Shown here: one piece after another, positions 12,620 to 25,442 of the stretch
Layout of the letters: the number at the start of each line of letters is the position of its first letter
How positions within the stretch are numbered: position 1 is the first letter of the stretch
NCBI GenBank assembly: GCA_028534125.1
Contig: CM052817.1
Location: 103,418,001 to 103,482,000 of the forward strand
DNA length: 64,000 bases
Direction: 5' to 3'
Origin: Lama glama
Taxonomy: Eukaryota
Position numbers and translations under genes: made by a program
Notes under the pieces: model-generated
Seen by the model: only the letters and a program-made list of their open reading frames with translations
Database searches by the model: none
What the model was told of the DNA's origin: nothing

Positions 12620-13315
12620 GTATATATCAAAGAGAATTCAAGATATGGCCACACAAAAACGTGTACACAAATGTTCATAGCATTATTATAATAGCCCAAA
12701 ACAGGAAACAACCTAAATGTTCACCAACTGATGACTCGATAAACAAAATGTGGTATATCCATACAATGACATATTATTCAGCAATGAAAAGGAATGAAGT
12801 AATAATACATGTGACAACATGGATGAAAATCTTAAATATATTATTATAAATGAAAGAATCCAGCCACAAAAAGCCATTGTATGATTGTATGATTCCATTT
12901 ACATGAAATGTTCAGAATAGGAAATTCTGTAGAGACAGAAGGTAGATTAGTGGTTGACAGGGACTGGTGGGAGAGGGGAATGGGGAATGACTATTGGCAC
13001 AAGGTTTCTTTTTTTTTTTAATCAAATAATTTTTATTGAAGTTTAGTTGATTTACAATATTGCATTAGTTTTAGGTATATACCATAGTGATTCAGGTTTT
13101 TTTGGTTTTCTTTTTTTTTTTGGTTTCTTTTTGTTTTTGCAGATTATATTCCATTAACAAGGTTTCTTTTTAGGGTGATGAAATGTTCTGACATTAAATA
13201 GTGGTGACAGTTGCACAACTCTGAATATACTAAAGATAACTGATGGTACACTTTGAAAGACTGAATTTCATTATATGTAAATTTCATCTCAATAAAGTTG
13301 TTATTTAAAAAAAAA
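12620..13315 (+). mobile_element. Old L1M 3' fragment with a nested short antisense L1 end (~13010-13155)
   Basis: caaatgttcatagca...aaaatgtggtatatccatacaatg...gggtgatgaaatgttctg...aataaagttg; nested piece flanked by the duplicated acaaggtttctttt. Confidence 0.8.
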
Positions 13316-13348
13316 GGATTACATGAGGGAAATGTATTGAAATGATAC

Positions 13349-13451
13349 CACAGACAGGAAGTTTTTTAGTCCATGTTTTACTCCATATTTACTCCATTTT
13401 TTCCCTCTTTCCAAAGGCTAGCCTAGGAATTTTGAAGATCCCTGTTAAAAA
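13349..13451 (-). pseudogene. Exon 6: F*QGSSKFLG*PLERGKKWSKYGVKHGLKNFLSV
   Basis: Strong acceptor gtgttttttgttcctctttcag|, weaker donor GTG|gtatca; 103 nt, phase 2->0, bridging the phases of exons 5 and 7; two stops. Confidence 0.7.
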
Positions 13452-13626
13452 CTGAAAGAGGAACAAAAAACACGTGAAATGTCTTGACAAATGCAGACTG
13501 AGACACGTATGAGGTTTCCAATCACCAACCATAGACTGAACAATAGTTTAATTTTCCTGATCTATAAAACTGTGCTAACAAAGGGCTTTGTATTTTAGGA
13601 GATATAAACTTAAAACACATTTGCAG

Positions 13627-13880
13627 GGGGAAGAGGGTGGGAAGGGATAAATTAGGAATTCAAGATTTGCAGATACTAATATATATATAAAACAGATAAA
13701 CAACAAGTTTATACTGTATAGCACAGGGAACTGTATTCAATGGTGTAACTTGTGAAGAAGAATATGGAAATGAATGTATGTATGTTCATGTATGACTGAA
13801 GCGTTGTGCTGTACACCAGAAATTGACACAACATTGTAAACTGACTATACTTCAATTAAAATATGTATACACAAAAAAAA
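13627..13880 (+). mobile_element. L1 3'UTR end
   Basis: gggtgggaagggataaattaggaattcaagatttgcag...cattgtaaactgactatacttcaat; degenerate TSD cacat(t/c)tgca. Confidence 0.88.
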
Positions 13881-14397
13881 TCCCACATCTGCACAAATCC
13901 AGCTGGCTTTCTGTGTTTTATGCTATTATGACAAAGGTAAGGACAAGTCTGTTGAATGTGGGTGGGTTAGCAGATGGAGGGGTGGGAAGGACGTACAGAA
14001 GGTAAAAGGGGAGTGGGACCATCAGACGTATTTGCCAGGCTCCGTACCTTTCCTGGGAAGGCTACAGTCCCTGCTGTCTGACCTCAGAACCGTCCTGAGG
14101 CATCTGGTCCTCCCCACAAGCCCTGGAAGACCACATCAACTCATGAGAGTCAACAGTCAAGACCCAGGTTATCCTTCTGCTGTTACTGTTGTCTAAAGGG
14201 TCCTGTTACTTTACACAGTCAGAGTCTAGGGAACATTTAGGGAAATGTAATCAAGCCTGTGTTTAATACTTAACTCTGAATTTAGTAGGGTATGTTCATG
14301 AACACGGACTAATTTGGAAATTATAGCACTGTAGGGTGCAGTTGTGCTGATTTCACTTCTCACACAGGAAAAATTCTACCTCTGTGTTTGCCCTCAC

Positions 14398-14520
14398 CTA
14401 CAATCAGTGTAGATTCAGCCGTACGTCTTTGAGAAACTTGGATTTAATTTTTGAAATACCATTATGAAGGGTCATATTACCTAATAGTTGTTAGGGCTGG
14501 GTACCTGCCTTACAGGTCTG
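14398..14520 (-). pseudogene. Exon 5: RPVRQVPSPNNY*VI*PFIMVFQKLNPSFSKTYG*IYTDC(S)
   Basis: Acceptor gtgtgtttttcaaag|, donor TAG|gtgagg; 123 nt, phase 2->2; three in-frame stops. Confidence 0.75.
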
Positions 14521-15154
14521 CTTTGAAAAACACACACACACACGGAAAGTGTTTGTTTTTTTATAAACAGTCCGTACTATACTACTAATACGTCCACTAC
14601 TAGTCATAGTCATGGTATAATAATAATTATGTAGGGCTCAACCTGTCCTTGACCAATATACCTGGAATCAATTATTTAAACAAAAAAGAGAGAGAGGATT
14701 CCTGGTAACGAATCTAATAAAGGATAGCTGGAGCATTTATTGTGATAACAAGTCTCCAAGAGGGGGAAAATGTTATAAAATATAAATATTCACCGAGGAT
14801 AAAGATGCCTGGACTGATCTATTACCACTTTCTTGCCAAGATTTTCCCATAAGGGCAATATTTAACAGATGTGATGCTGAAATATCATATCCCATTAGCC
14901 AGAAGTGGGTCCTATGGACACCCTGCCTGGAGGAGGTTGGCTGGGAAGATCAGGGCTGTGGTTCAAACTGGGTCAGCCAACAGCATCAGCTCCGTCATCC
15001 CTCCCCTCAGTCCTACGTAATCCCCCTGAACCCACTGAGGTTCAGTGACAGGAAGAAGCACGGAGATGTTTTGAGGCTCATAGAAAGGGAAGAGTGCCTG
15101 CTTCACAGATTACCTAGCTATCAGTTTTTACTTATAAAAGCATAATGGTTTCAA

Positions 15155-15905
15155 TAAATGTTGGAGAGGATGTGGAGAAAAGGGAACCCTCTTACACTGC
15201 TGGTGGGAATGTAGTTTGGTGTAGCCGTTATGGAAAACTGTATAGAGATTCCTTAAAAAACTAAAAAATATAATTGCCATATGATCCAGAAATCCCACTC
15301 CTGGGCATATAGCTGGAGGAAACTCTAACTTAAAAAGATACATGCACCCCAATGTCCACAGCAGCACTATTTACAATAGCCAAGACATGGATGCAACCTA
15401 TATGTCCATCAACAGATGATTGGATAAAGAAGATATAGAAGTAATGGAATACTATTCAGTCATAAAGAAGAATGAAACAATGCCATCTGCAGCAACATGG
15501 ATGGACCTAGAGATTACCATACTAAGGGAAGTAAGTCAGACAGGGAAGCAAAAATGCCATATGTTATCACTTATATGTAGAATCTAAAAAAATGAACTAA
15601 TTTACAAAACAAAAGCAGACTCACAGACATAGAAAACAAATTTATGGTTACCAGGTGGGAAGGGTTAAATTGGGAGTTAGGGATTTGCAGATACCAACTA
15701 CTATTTATAAAACAGATAAACAACAAGATCCTACTGTATAGCACAGGGAACTATATTCAATATCTTGTAATAATCATAATGAAAAGGAATATATATAACT
15801 GAATCACTATGTTGTACACCAGAAACTGAAACAACACTGTAAATCGACTATACTTCAATTAAAAATAAATATACATATATATTTAATGAGAAAGGAAACA
15901 AATAA
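15155..15905 (+). mobile_element. L1 3' fragment
   Basis: ORF2 C-terminal DNA (tgttggagaggatgtggagaaaagggaaccc) and 3'UTR; degenerate TSD aaaagc(a/t)taatgg(t/c)ttcaa. Confidence 0.9.
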
Positions 15906-15939
15906 AAAAGCTTAATGGCTTCAAGAACAAAGGTAAGGA

Positions 15940-16390
15940 TTTACACTACCTGATTTTAAGACTTACTATAATGCTAGAGTAAACAAGAGAGTTTGGTATG
16001 GGAATAAGGAGAGATGTAGATATGAATTAATGGAATAGAATAGAAAGTCTAGAAATAGACCACACATATATGACCAAGTGACTATCAACAAAGATGTCAA
16101 GGCCAATTAACTGAGAAAGAATTGTCTTTTCAACAAGCATTCCTGGAACAACTGGCCTTCTGTATGGGGGAAAAAAATGAACCATATACACACAAACAAA
16201 TGTTAACCTGAATTAATGTAAAGGCTAAAATTTCTGGAAGAAAATAGGAGAAAATCTTTGTGATCTTGGGTTAGGCAAGGTCAAAGCACAAGCCATTAAA
16301 GAAAAAAAACTGATAAACTACATTTAATCATAATTTAAAATTTTGATGATTGAAAAACAGAGTTAAGAAAATAAAAAAGCAAGACAGAAA
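15940..16390 (+). mobile_element. Old L1 ORF2 fragment
   Basis: tggaatagaatagaaagtctagaaatagaccacac...aaaatctttgtgatcttgggttaggcaa, diverged L1M ORF2. Confidence 0.75.
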
Positions 16391-16997
16391 TTCTGTTTTC
16401 TTTCTTGCTAGTGATCTGGGGATGGTGATCTGAAGAGGTTGGAGGACTAATGAAGCACTCACTACGCACTCTAGATGGGAAGTAGGTTCGTACACATTCT
16501 GAAGAGCAATCTAGCAGTGCTTAGTTAGATTAGTACATGTGTAATTGGTGGCCCAGCAGTCTCCGTCCTCTCGGAGTATATACCACAAAGACGCTCTCAC
16601 ATGGGTCTCCGAGGGAGCATATATAACTACTTTCATTGCAGAACTGATGGCAATGGAGGTGGTTGGAAAGCCGTCTGAGTATCTGTCACTGGGGGAAGAT
16701 TTCAGCAAACTGCGGTGAATGCATAACTTCAAGTAGAAGTAAGTTAGAAGTGAAGTAGTGCAAATAAATACAACCACCATGCTGGAGGATAATTTGCCAC
16801 ATTCTTAGTAAAGTTAGAAATGGGCACAATCTTTATGATCCTTCAATGAAGTGAAGCAGTGAGAAGTAAGAGACCAGAGATACAAAAGCAATAGGGATTA
16901 TCCCAACAACCAGTGCTAACTATAAAGAGCAAGAAAAAGAATGATATATAGTATACATACTGTTATATAAATTAAAAAATACATGCATGCATTATAT

Positions 16998-17600
16998 GCC
17001 ATAGCCAAGACATGGAAATAACCTAAATGTCCATCAACAGATGACTGGATAAAGAAGCTATTGTATATTTCTACAATGGAATACTACTAAGCCATAAAAA
17101 GAATAAAATAATGCCATTTGCAGCAAAAAGGATGAACCTGGAGATCATCATTCTAAGTGAAGTAAGCCAGAAAGAGAAAGAAAAATACCATGTGATATCA
17201 CTCATCTGTGGAATCTCAGAAGAAGGAGGAGGAGGAGGAGGAGGAGGAGGAGGAGGAGAAGGAGGAGAAGGAGAAGAAGAAGACGCTAATGAACTTATCT
17301 ACAAAATAGAGACAGACTCACAGAAAGTAAATAATCTTACGGTTACTGGGGAACAAGGGAGTGGGAAGGGATAAACTGGGAGTTTGAGATTTGCAGATAC
17401 TAACTACTACATATAAAATAGATAAACAAAAATTTTCTTTTGTATAGTGGAGGGAACTATAAACAATGTCTTGCAGTAACCTATAATGAAAAAGAATATG
17501 AAAATGAATGTATGTGTGTATGTGTATGACTGAAACATTCATTGTGCTATACACCAGAAATTGACACATTGTAAACTGACTATACTTCAATTAAAAAAAT
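16998..17600 (+). mobile_element. L1 3' fragment containing a (GGA)n/(GAA)n tract at 17219-17283
   Basis: atagccaagacatggaaataacctaaatgtcc...tgtaaactgactatacttcaattaaaaaaa. Confidence 0.92.
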
Positions 17601-17772
17601 GCATGCATGCAAAACACAAGTTCATGCAAACATAAGGATATACTTTAAGCCCATTAGAAAGAGATGTGTTTGTGAGGAGGGGGTGGAGAATAGGTGTGGA
17701 AATGATGATAAAGAGGAATAAATAAAACAAGGAAGGGTCAAATGAAATAGCACATATGAAAACAGTGAATAC

Positions 17773-18373
17773 TGTAGGAGAGGAAAAAGAATATTCCTTC
17801 TACCCTTCTAGGTTCTTGGCTGAGACCCCTCTGTAAGTAAAAAGGCAGATTAACAGGAGAAAAACAGAGGGGTGGGAAGTAGCTCAGCGGCAGAGCATAT
17901 GCTTAGCACGCACCTCCATTAAAAAAAAAAAGACAAATAAAAATTTTTTTAAATGGAGAAAGACATATTTAATTACATAGTAGATACATCAGTTCCACAA
18001 AGATATGAGCTCAAAGAAGTGAACAAAGCAGGAAGCTCTTACATATTTCAGACGAAGAAAAACTAAATTTATTTTTTAAAAATTGACAAGAAAAAGGAGT
18101 TTGGCCTAGGGTAGCAAAATGGGGAAGAAGTAACAGCCAAGTTCATCTACACAGCCTTCCCGGCCCCAAATTCTCCGCCTCTGGTGATAAGGATGCCTTC
18201 CACCCTCCTGGTACAGGGAGGGTACATCTCACACAGGAGATTTATTTTCTTTCAGGACAGAAGTGGTTCAGAGTGACTTTCCTGCTTCTACCATTTTCTC
18301 AAGCTCTTTGAGCTTATGATATTTAATTTACCAAAGTGCCATATTTGGGAGTAGTGTGTCCTGAAACCCAACA
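17773..18373. mobile_element. ERV1-type solo LTR with a nested, internally deleted SINE (17868-17930)
   Basis: TGTAGG...CAACA termini; near-TSD atac/atgc; the nested SINE keeps its A box but lacks the B-box segment. Confidence 0.65.
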
Positions 18374-18750
18374 ATGCATACTTAGTGTGCAGAGTAGGCC
18401 ACTCAATAAATGTTATTTTCCTTCCTTCCTACATTGTTTTGTGTACACTGAGGCATGAAAGAAGGATTTGAGGGTGAGAGAAAATTGGAAATCCCAAACA
18501 TTTGGTATGGGTGCAAATAAATACAATTACCAAATTGAGAATAATTTGTCAATTTCTTAGTAAAGTTGAAAATATGCATTATCTATATGACTCTTCAGTT
18601 TCATCTCTAGAGAGAATGTCCTAGAGAAATTCTTGCACACATGCATCAGAAGATGTGTTCAAGAATATTAATTACAACATTGCTTGTAATGGTGAAAAAC
18701 TGGATACATCCCAAATGTTCACCAGCATGTAAATGGATGAGTTTTGAGGT

Positions 18751-19750
18751 TGTGGTACAAGAAATATTAGATCTTTTGTGTCTGGTTCCGGGCACAGAGG
18801 TCTTGAACCCTTAGAATTTCCTGAGTGGTGAGAGAGTCTTTAGGAATTCATTAGGAGTCCTTTTGGAGCACACCTGAGTTCGTGCTATGACATTATTATC
18901 GAACCAAACTTGGATCCACTTGCCAGCATGCAGTAAAGCCAATCTACTGTCACCAGGTTGTACTGAAGGAAAGTACAGCATTTATTACAGGCGCCAAGAA
19001 AGGAGAACAGGGAAGCTAGTGCTTAAAAGGCCCTGATTCCCCAGTGGTTTTCAGAGAAAGGTTTTTAAAGGCAGGGTGAGGGAGGGGGCTGTGGGGTATG
19101 TGATCAGCTCAAGGACAGTCTTCCGACTGGTGGGCGATGAGGTCATCAGGAGTCAACATCATCAACCTTCTGGTTCCAACCGGCCTGGGGTCTATGTGCT
19201 TGTGGGCTGCATGCAGTTAACTTCTTCCACCTGGTGGGGGTTTCAGTCTCTGCAAAACAGCTCAAAGGACATGGCTCAGGATAGTATCTACAGCCCTGGA
19301 GGAGGAACTAAAGATCTTTGACTTATTTTAATGGCTAAACTAGTATTATTTTGTCTTGCTTGACTGTTTTCCTTTGTTTCTGTATTTTCTCACTTCTCTG
19401 ATTAAACGTACTCTTTGGAACTTGGGGAAGCCTGGGAGACTAAAGTTTTTCTACATACAAGAGGCAGGTGGAGGACATGGTGGGGTGGGGGAGGTCTGTT
19501 CCAGGCAGGTCCTGCTCGGTTACAAAGTGACTTAGGATGGGGACCCTAGGTAGCCTCAAGATGGGTCTGGTCACCAGAAGACCAAGCGATTAAAGGGTGG
19601 GGGCTCTCAGACCCACCCACTGACCTAGGGGGAGGGAGGAGGTATTAGGGATTGAACTCTGTAAAATTTTTGAACAAGGAGATTCAGAGAGCGTCTGGGT
19701 TGGTGAATTTATCACAAGGCTAAGAGGGTAATATGCCTTGAGAAGGCATG
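18751..19750. mobile_element. MER21-like LTR interrupted by a second LTR (~18893-19524)
   Basis: Outer element resembles the LTR at 62770-63690 (cccttagaatttcctgag...ctctcagacccacccactgaccta); the inner element ends cctgctcggttaca. Confidence 0.65.
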
Positions 19751-19758
19751 GAAGCAAA

Positions 19759-19763
19759 TTATA

Positions 19764-19805
<42 letters not shown>

Positions 19806-19866
19806 CATCTATATACATTTATATATATATATATATGTACATCTATATACATTTATATATATATAC
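19759..19866. repeat. (TA)n-rich compound microsatellite
   Basis: TA runs with a duplicated atgtacatctatatacattt unit. Confidence 0.9.
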
Positions 19867-19946
19867 ATCTCACACCAATTATAATCTTCACATCTGAAAA
19901 AAACTAACCCTGGTAGATTCTATTTTCTTTATTTTACAAAAAAGAA

Positions 19947-20660
19947 AACTACCACTTCAACCCTATAAGGATGGCTATTTTTTTTTAAAGGAAGATAAAT
20001 GTTGGTCAGGATGTGGAGAAAATAGAAACCTTGTGCCTTGCTGGTGGGAATGTAAAATGATGCAGCTGCTGTGGCAAAGAGTTTGGCAGTTCCTCAAAAA
20101 GTTAAACAGAGAAGTGTGACATGGCCCAGAAATTCCACTTCTAGGTGTATATCACAAAGAACTGAAAAAAGGAACTCAAACATACACTTGTACGTGGATG
20201 CTCATGGTAGTGTTATTCACAATAGGCAAAAGGGGAAACAACTTAGATGTCCCTGTGAATGGATGCACAAAATGTGGTGCATACATACAATGGAATATTA
20301 TTCATCTGCGATGAAGAATGAAATTCTGATATGACAATGCAGATGAAATCTGAAAATACCATGCTAAGTGAAATACGCCAGACACAAAAGGACACCTGCT
20401 TCATAATTTTACTTATATAAGGTTTCCTACAATAAACAAATTCTTAGAGACAGAAAGTCCAATAGAAGTCACCAGGGGAGATGGGACATTATTGTTTCAC
20501 GGAGACAGAGCTTCTGTTTAGGGTGATGGGAAAGGTCTGGAAATGGATGACAATCATGGCTGCAGAATGTTCTGAATGTACTGAATACAATAGAATTGTA
20601 TACTTAAAAATGGTTTAAATGGTACATTTTATGTTATATATAATTTACCACAGTAAAAAG
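19947..20660 (+). mobile_element. Old L1M 3' fragment
   Basis: tgttggtcaggatgtggagaaatagaaacc...tggaatattattca...cattttatgttatatataatttaccac. Confidence 0.85.
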
Positions 20661-21025
20661 AAATCGAGAGAGACAGAGACAGAGACCTGGAGGTTCAAGG
20701 AATATTAGGTGACTTGCCTGAGGCTGCCTCATTCACAGATGCCAGAGCTGGACTCAAGCTCCCTCCGACTGGCCCCACAGCGGAAGCCTTGTGCACCGCC
20801 CGCCCTTCCCCCTCCGCACTCCAGTCCTCTCCCCAGGAGAACTGAAACAAGGCGGGGGCGCCCGCTTCCACCTCAGCTAAAACCGCGCGCATCCGGCATG
20901 CAGATTTTCGAGGTTCTGCACACGTCCGCAAATGACCTCAAAGGGCCACAAGTATGGATGTGGGGGTTCCAAACAAATTTTAGCAAGTAGGTGAATTCGC
21001 AAATGGAGAATCTGCAAATAACGTG

Positions 21026-21357
21026 TGTAGGGAAAATGGAATTACTCAGGCTCCCCCGCCGGACGACGCGTGCCCAGTGACTCAGCAGTATTACCCCGCA
21101 TGCGCGGGACCCACGTACCATTATGTAATGATGACTTGCGCTGCACACGTGCACTGGTTAGCCCACAGGTCATAGCTGGCTAGATACCCGCTTTGTTTGC
21201 CTTGATATATAAGGCAGGTGGGACTTTCCACCACCACCACTGAAGCCTGTATACTCCTTCGCAATAAAAGCATGTCAGAAATACCCACGGCTGAGAGCGC
21301 TCTTCAGTCTGCCCGAATCCCGCGTGAACCTGCCAGGCCTTGAGCGCTTGCAATACA
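21026..21357 (+). mobile_element. CpG-rich solo LTR (332 bp)
   Basis: TGTA...TACA inverted termini; TATATAA 21206-21212; AATAAA 21263-21268; appears to split a DNA-transposon-like end (gcaaata...atgaggatc). TSD is poor (acgtg/atgag). Confidence 0.8.
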
Positions 21358-21899
21358 ATGAGGATCAGCTCTGTTTACAGAACTGTGCTTTTAAGCTTGC
21401 GAGGTTTTGGAAGTGACCTCCCAAGGAGAGGTACATGTGTGGGTGAGGTGCACAGTGCCCTGCTGGCTTTACTTGGATGGAAACGTCCTCAGCACATGGG
21501 GAAACATACCAAGCAATTGTTTCCAGGCTTTCATGTACCTAGGGAGTCACCCAGGAAGCTTGTGAAAATGCAGGTGCTGGGCCTCAGGTGATCTAGGATT
21601 GAGCCCAGGAAGCTTCATCTTTAGAAGCAGGCTCAGGTGATTCTGACACATTTTGAAAAGAAAACCTATAGAAATTCTCAATCTGGGCCTGCCTCTTGTT
21701 TATACACTGCTGCCAAAACCCATCAGTAATACACCTGCAGTCAAACACGTTTGAGGTTGTTGGCTGAGTTCACTGCAACCATGGAGACCACACGCTATGG
21801 GGGAAGTATAGGGCCTCCCAGTAAAAAAGAGTTAGAAGGAACTTTCTATGGGAATTTGGCTTGTGTTACACGTTTGGGGGAAGGCTCAAAAAGTAGACA

Positions 21900-22067
21900 T
21901 GGTGGGGAGGGATAAATTAGGAGTTTGGGATTAGCAGATCCACACTACTATATATAAATTACATAAACAACAAGGTCCTGTTGTATAGCACAGGGAACTA
22001 AACTTAATATCCTGCAATAACATAATGGAAAAGAATATATATACACATATATTCTTATATATATGAC

Positions 22068-22099
<32 letters not shown>

Positions 22100-22170
22100 A
22101 AACTCATTCATTTTGCTGTACACCTAAAACTAACACATTGTAAATCAACTGTACTTCAATAAAAAAATTT
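21900..22170 (+). mobile_element. L1 3'UTR end with TA microsatellite
   Basis: ggataaattaggagtttgggattagcaga...tgtatagcacagggaacta...tacttcaataaaaaaa. Confidence 0.85.
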
Positions 22171-22646
22171 TTTTAAGCAGGCATTTGCCATGGATTGGGT
22201 GTTTGGGAAAGCAAGAGCAATTCTATGACTGGATGTCATAATCACTTTTACGTAGAAGGCAGGGGAATTGAAGCGGGGCTAAAGCTGCAATCAGTAAAGA
22301 ACCAGCAATTACTCTGCTGGGAGAGAGGGCATTTACCATTTTTACAACTCCATAGTGACCTTGTTTATGGCTGAGCTCAGACACAATTACACAATGGTCT
22401 TATTTCTGTTTTCCTTCATCAGGGACACACAGTGAGCTCACCCAAGGCTGGTGCTCCAGGCACAGGTGTGTAGTCAACAGCAGGGCCAGGTGCGAGGGTG
22501 TCCTCCTGAGGCTGTTGGAAGGGTCAGACCCGCTCCCAGCCATGAAGGGTGACTTTTCTGTTCTCACTGGTGGACATCAGTTTTTGTCCTTTTCCCTCCT
22601 TCCATGGCCCTTTCACCTTCCCTGGTCTCATTTTTGCCAGTCTTAC

Positions 22647-22944
22647 CAGATTCAATTCCAGCTCTCCAGACACTGGGAGAACAGCTCTCCCTCACCAACC
22701 CTTTCACAATTAGCTTGTCGAATATACTCATAAAATTTTCCAAGCTTGAACGGACACCAATTGCTAGACTTCCCACGAATACATATACACTTGTTAGGGA
22801 GAATACTCCCCCAGACTCCCACAGTAAGATAAAAGAAATGGAATTCTTTTAAGTTCCAGTCCCAAGGGATGAAATTTTGTCTTTTGTATAGTTCTTGGCA
22901 TATCGTAAATGTTAAGCAAGTATGAAATGGGGTACAGTGATGAT
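22647..22944 (-). pseudogene. Exon 4: (D)HHCTPFHTCLTFTICQELYKRQNFIPWDWNLKEFHFFYLTVGVWGSILPNKCICIRGKSSNWCPFKLGKFYEYIRQANCERVGEGELFSQCLESWN*I(C)
   Basis: Acceptor ctcctttttctctccaag|, donor CTG|gtaaga; 298 nt, phase 1->2; one stop (TGA near the end); 8 Cys plus a junction Cys; overlaps track ORF 22652..22975. Confidence 0.88.
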
Positions 22945-24608
22945 CTTGGAGAGAAAAAGGAGGACGCAGTGGCATTAAATGGAGTCACGGGTATTTAATC
23001 TCATTTTAAACCATTAGAAAAACTATAAGCAACTCTAACAAACAGCTCTCAGTGGGCTGTAGTAAAAAGATGTGGATTTCATGATCATAAGGTCATGAAA
23101 AATAAAACACGCAATTTAGATATTTAGAAATACAGAATCTATTACTTTTAAAGAATCTTAGAGTGGCCAAATTTGATTTTCCATTGGCTCTAGGTCTGCC
23201 TTGAACAGCATGGTTGGACTGATGGTGATGAAAATGGTAGGTAAAGATTTGTAAAATTGGAGTGTTGATTACTATGAATAAATATATTTAATATGTTATA
23301 TATTTGAATATATTTAAATATACTATAAATATGCTAATTATCACTAACTATAAGTACCTAAATTCTCCATATGCTTTTACTGGCCAGGAAGTAGAAATGT
23401 CAAGTCAAACATTTTACCTTGTAAAAAATATTTAATTTGCTCATTAGAAATATTTGTGACTATCATATGTGGGCAACCTTCCTACTCCTCCATCAAAAAA
23501 TCATAATAAAGTTTTGGAAATTATTATCCCTATAAACCAAGTATCTCTCAAAATAACAGACTGTTTTTGTGCCTGAAGAAGAACAACTACTTTTATTGAA
23601 AAGAAAAAGTAAAGAATTGGGATGAAACTAGCCCAGGGGAAAAAGAGAAATCACTGTACTTCAATGAAAAAAATTTTATTGGCAAAGGTGGTAAATGAAA
23701 TAGTTCTGGATGACCTATTCAGAGCAGCTCTTCAAATTCTAGATAGTCTTAGTTCTTCTCTGAAACAATACACTCTTTCAAAATTCTATCTTAAAAAAGT
23801 AATTTTTCCAAATATAGAATACCTTATTATCCCCTTACTATCCTTACCTCTTAATGTCTCTGTATGTTGTCTTCAGACAGTGTCTATTTCCAAACAGAAA
23901 ATGTCTGGAAAGAGAAATATAAGCATACAGAGAATCCTCTATTTTTTTGCGGCTAGATTTAGTCCAATCTTTATAATCACATTAAAGCACATGGTTACTC
24001 TACAAAGGATTCAAGTAAAATATATGTGTTTTAAGATCTTTACTGGTGTGTTGACAAAACACTGATTCAATAAAATAGGAAACCCACATGAAATAGACCA
24101 GTAGTGTGCAGATGTAGGCATATTCTGGTTTGTTCCAAAAAACCAAAATCATGGTTGGATAAGAAAAACAACAAGTAAAATCATAGACTTGCCTGTTTAT
24201 GACATTTAAAATTGAAGTGTGTACCACATGTTTGCCAGTCTTTTTCATAAGCGCTGGGAGAGGGGCATAGATTCCTCTAGTCCCGTTTTACAGACATACA
24301 AAAAAAATGAGACAGTCACCAAGCTCACACTGTGAGATAAAATGTAGGAGTCTAAGCAGGTCTGGAAATGACTGTGCACAAAACACACTAGACTGGGCAT
24401 GTTGCAAAGCACAGTTCTCCAGCCTCTGCTCAGTCTCCCAACCATACTTGCACTTGGTTTCTGTCCCTCCAAGCCTTTAAGGTCCCAAGCCTCTTAATTT
24501 TCATTCAACTTTGTTGTTAAAATATACGTGATTATATGACTCAGGCCTACAACTCTGGTTTTCCTGGCTTTTAAAGCCAGGTGAATTGTTTATGTAATAA
24601 TTAAATAT

Positions 24609-25425
24609 AGTAACTACAATGAGGTATCACCTCGCACCAGTCAGAATGGCCATCATTCAAAAATCCACAAATGACAAATGCTAGAGAGGCTGTGGAGAAA
24701 AGGGAAGCCTCCTTCACTGCTGGTGGGAATGCAGTTTGGTGCAGCCACTGTAGAAAACAGTATGGAGATTCCTCAAAAGACTAGGAATAGACTTACCATA
24801 TGACCCAGGAATCCCACTCCTGGGCACATATCCAGAAGGAACTCTACTTCAGGATGACACCTGCACCCCATTGTTCACAGCAGCATTATTTACAATAGCC
24901 AAGACATGGAAACAGCCTAAATGTCCATCAACAGGTGTCTGGATAAAGAAGAAGTGGTATATTTATACAATGGAATACCACTCAGCCATAAAAACTGACA
25001 ACATAACACCATTTGCAGCAACATGGATGCTCCTGGAGAGTGTCATTTTAAGTGAAGTAAATCAGAAAGAGAAAGAAAAATACCATATGAGATCGCTTAT
25101 ATGTGGAATCTAAAACAAACAAACAAACAAACAAAGCATAAATACAAAACAGAAATAGATTCACAGACATAGAATACAAACTTGTGGTTGCCAAGGGGGA
25201 AGGAGGTGGGAAGAGATAGACTGAGATTTCAAAATTGTAGGCTAGATAAACAAGATTATACTGTATAGCACAGGGAAATATATACAAGATCTTATGGTAG
25301 CTCACAGAGAAAAAAATGTGACAGTGAATATATGTATGTTCAACTGAAAAATTGTGCTCTACACTGGAATTTGACACAACATTGTAAAATGATTATAAAT
25401 CAGTAAAAAAAAGTTTAAAAAATTA
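24609..25425 (+). mobile_element. Young L1 3' fragment
   Basis: Nearly identical to the L1 at 1127-1830; ORF 24871..25113 is the L1 ORF2 end. Confidence 0.95.
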
Positions 25426-25442
25426 GATACAGTAAAATCTCA

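Noticed and set aside
17111..17374. ORF with poly-Gly/Glu
   Set aside because: L1 ORF2 end read through a GGA/GAA microsatellite.
24000..24472. Two adjacent minus-strand ORFs as an extra exon of the fossil gene
   Set aside because: No convincing splice sites, part resembles a MIR core, and exons 3 and 4 already join in phase.
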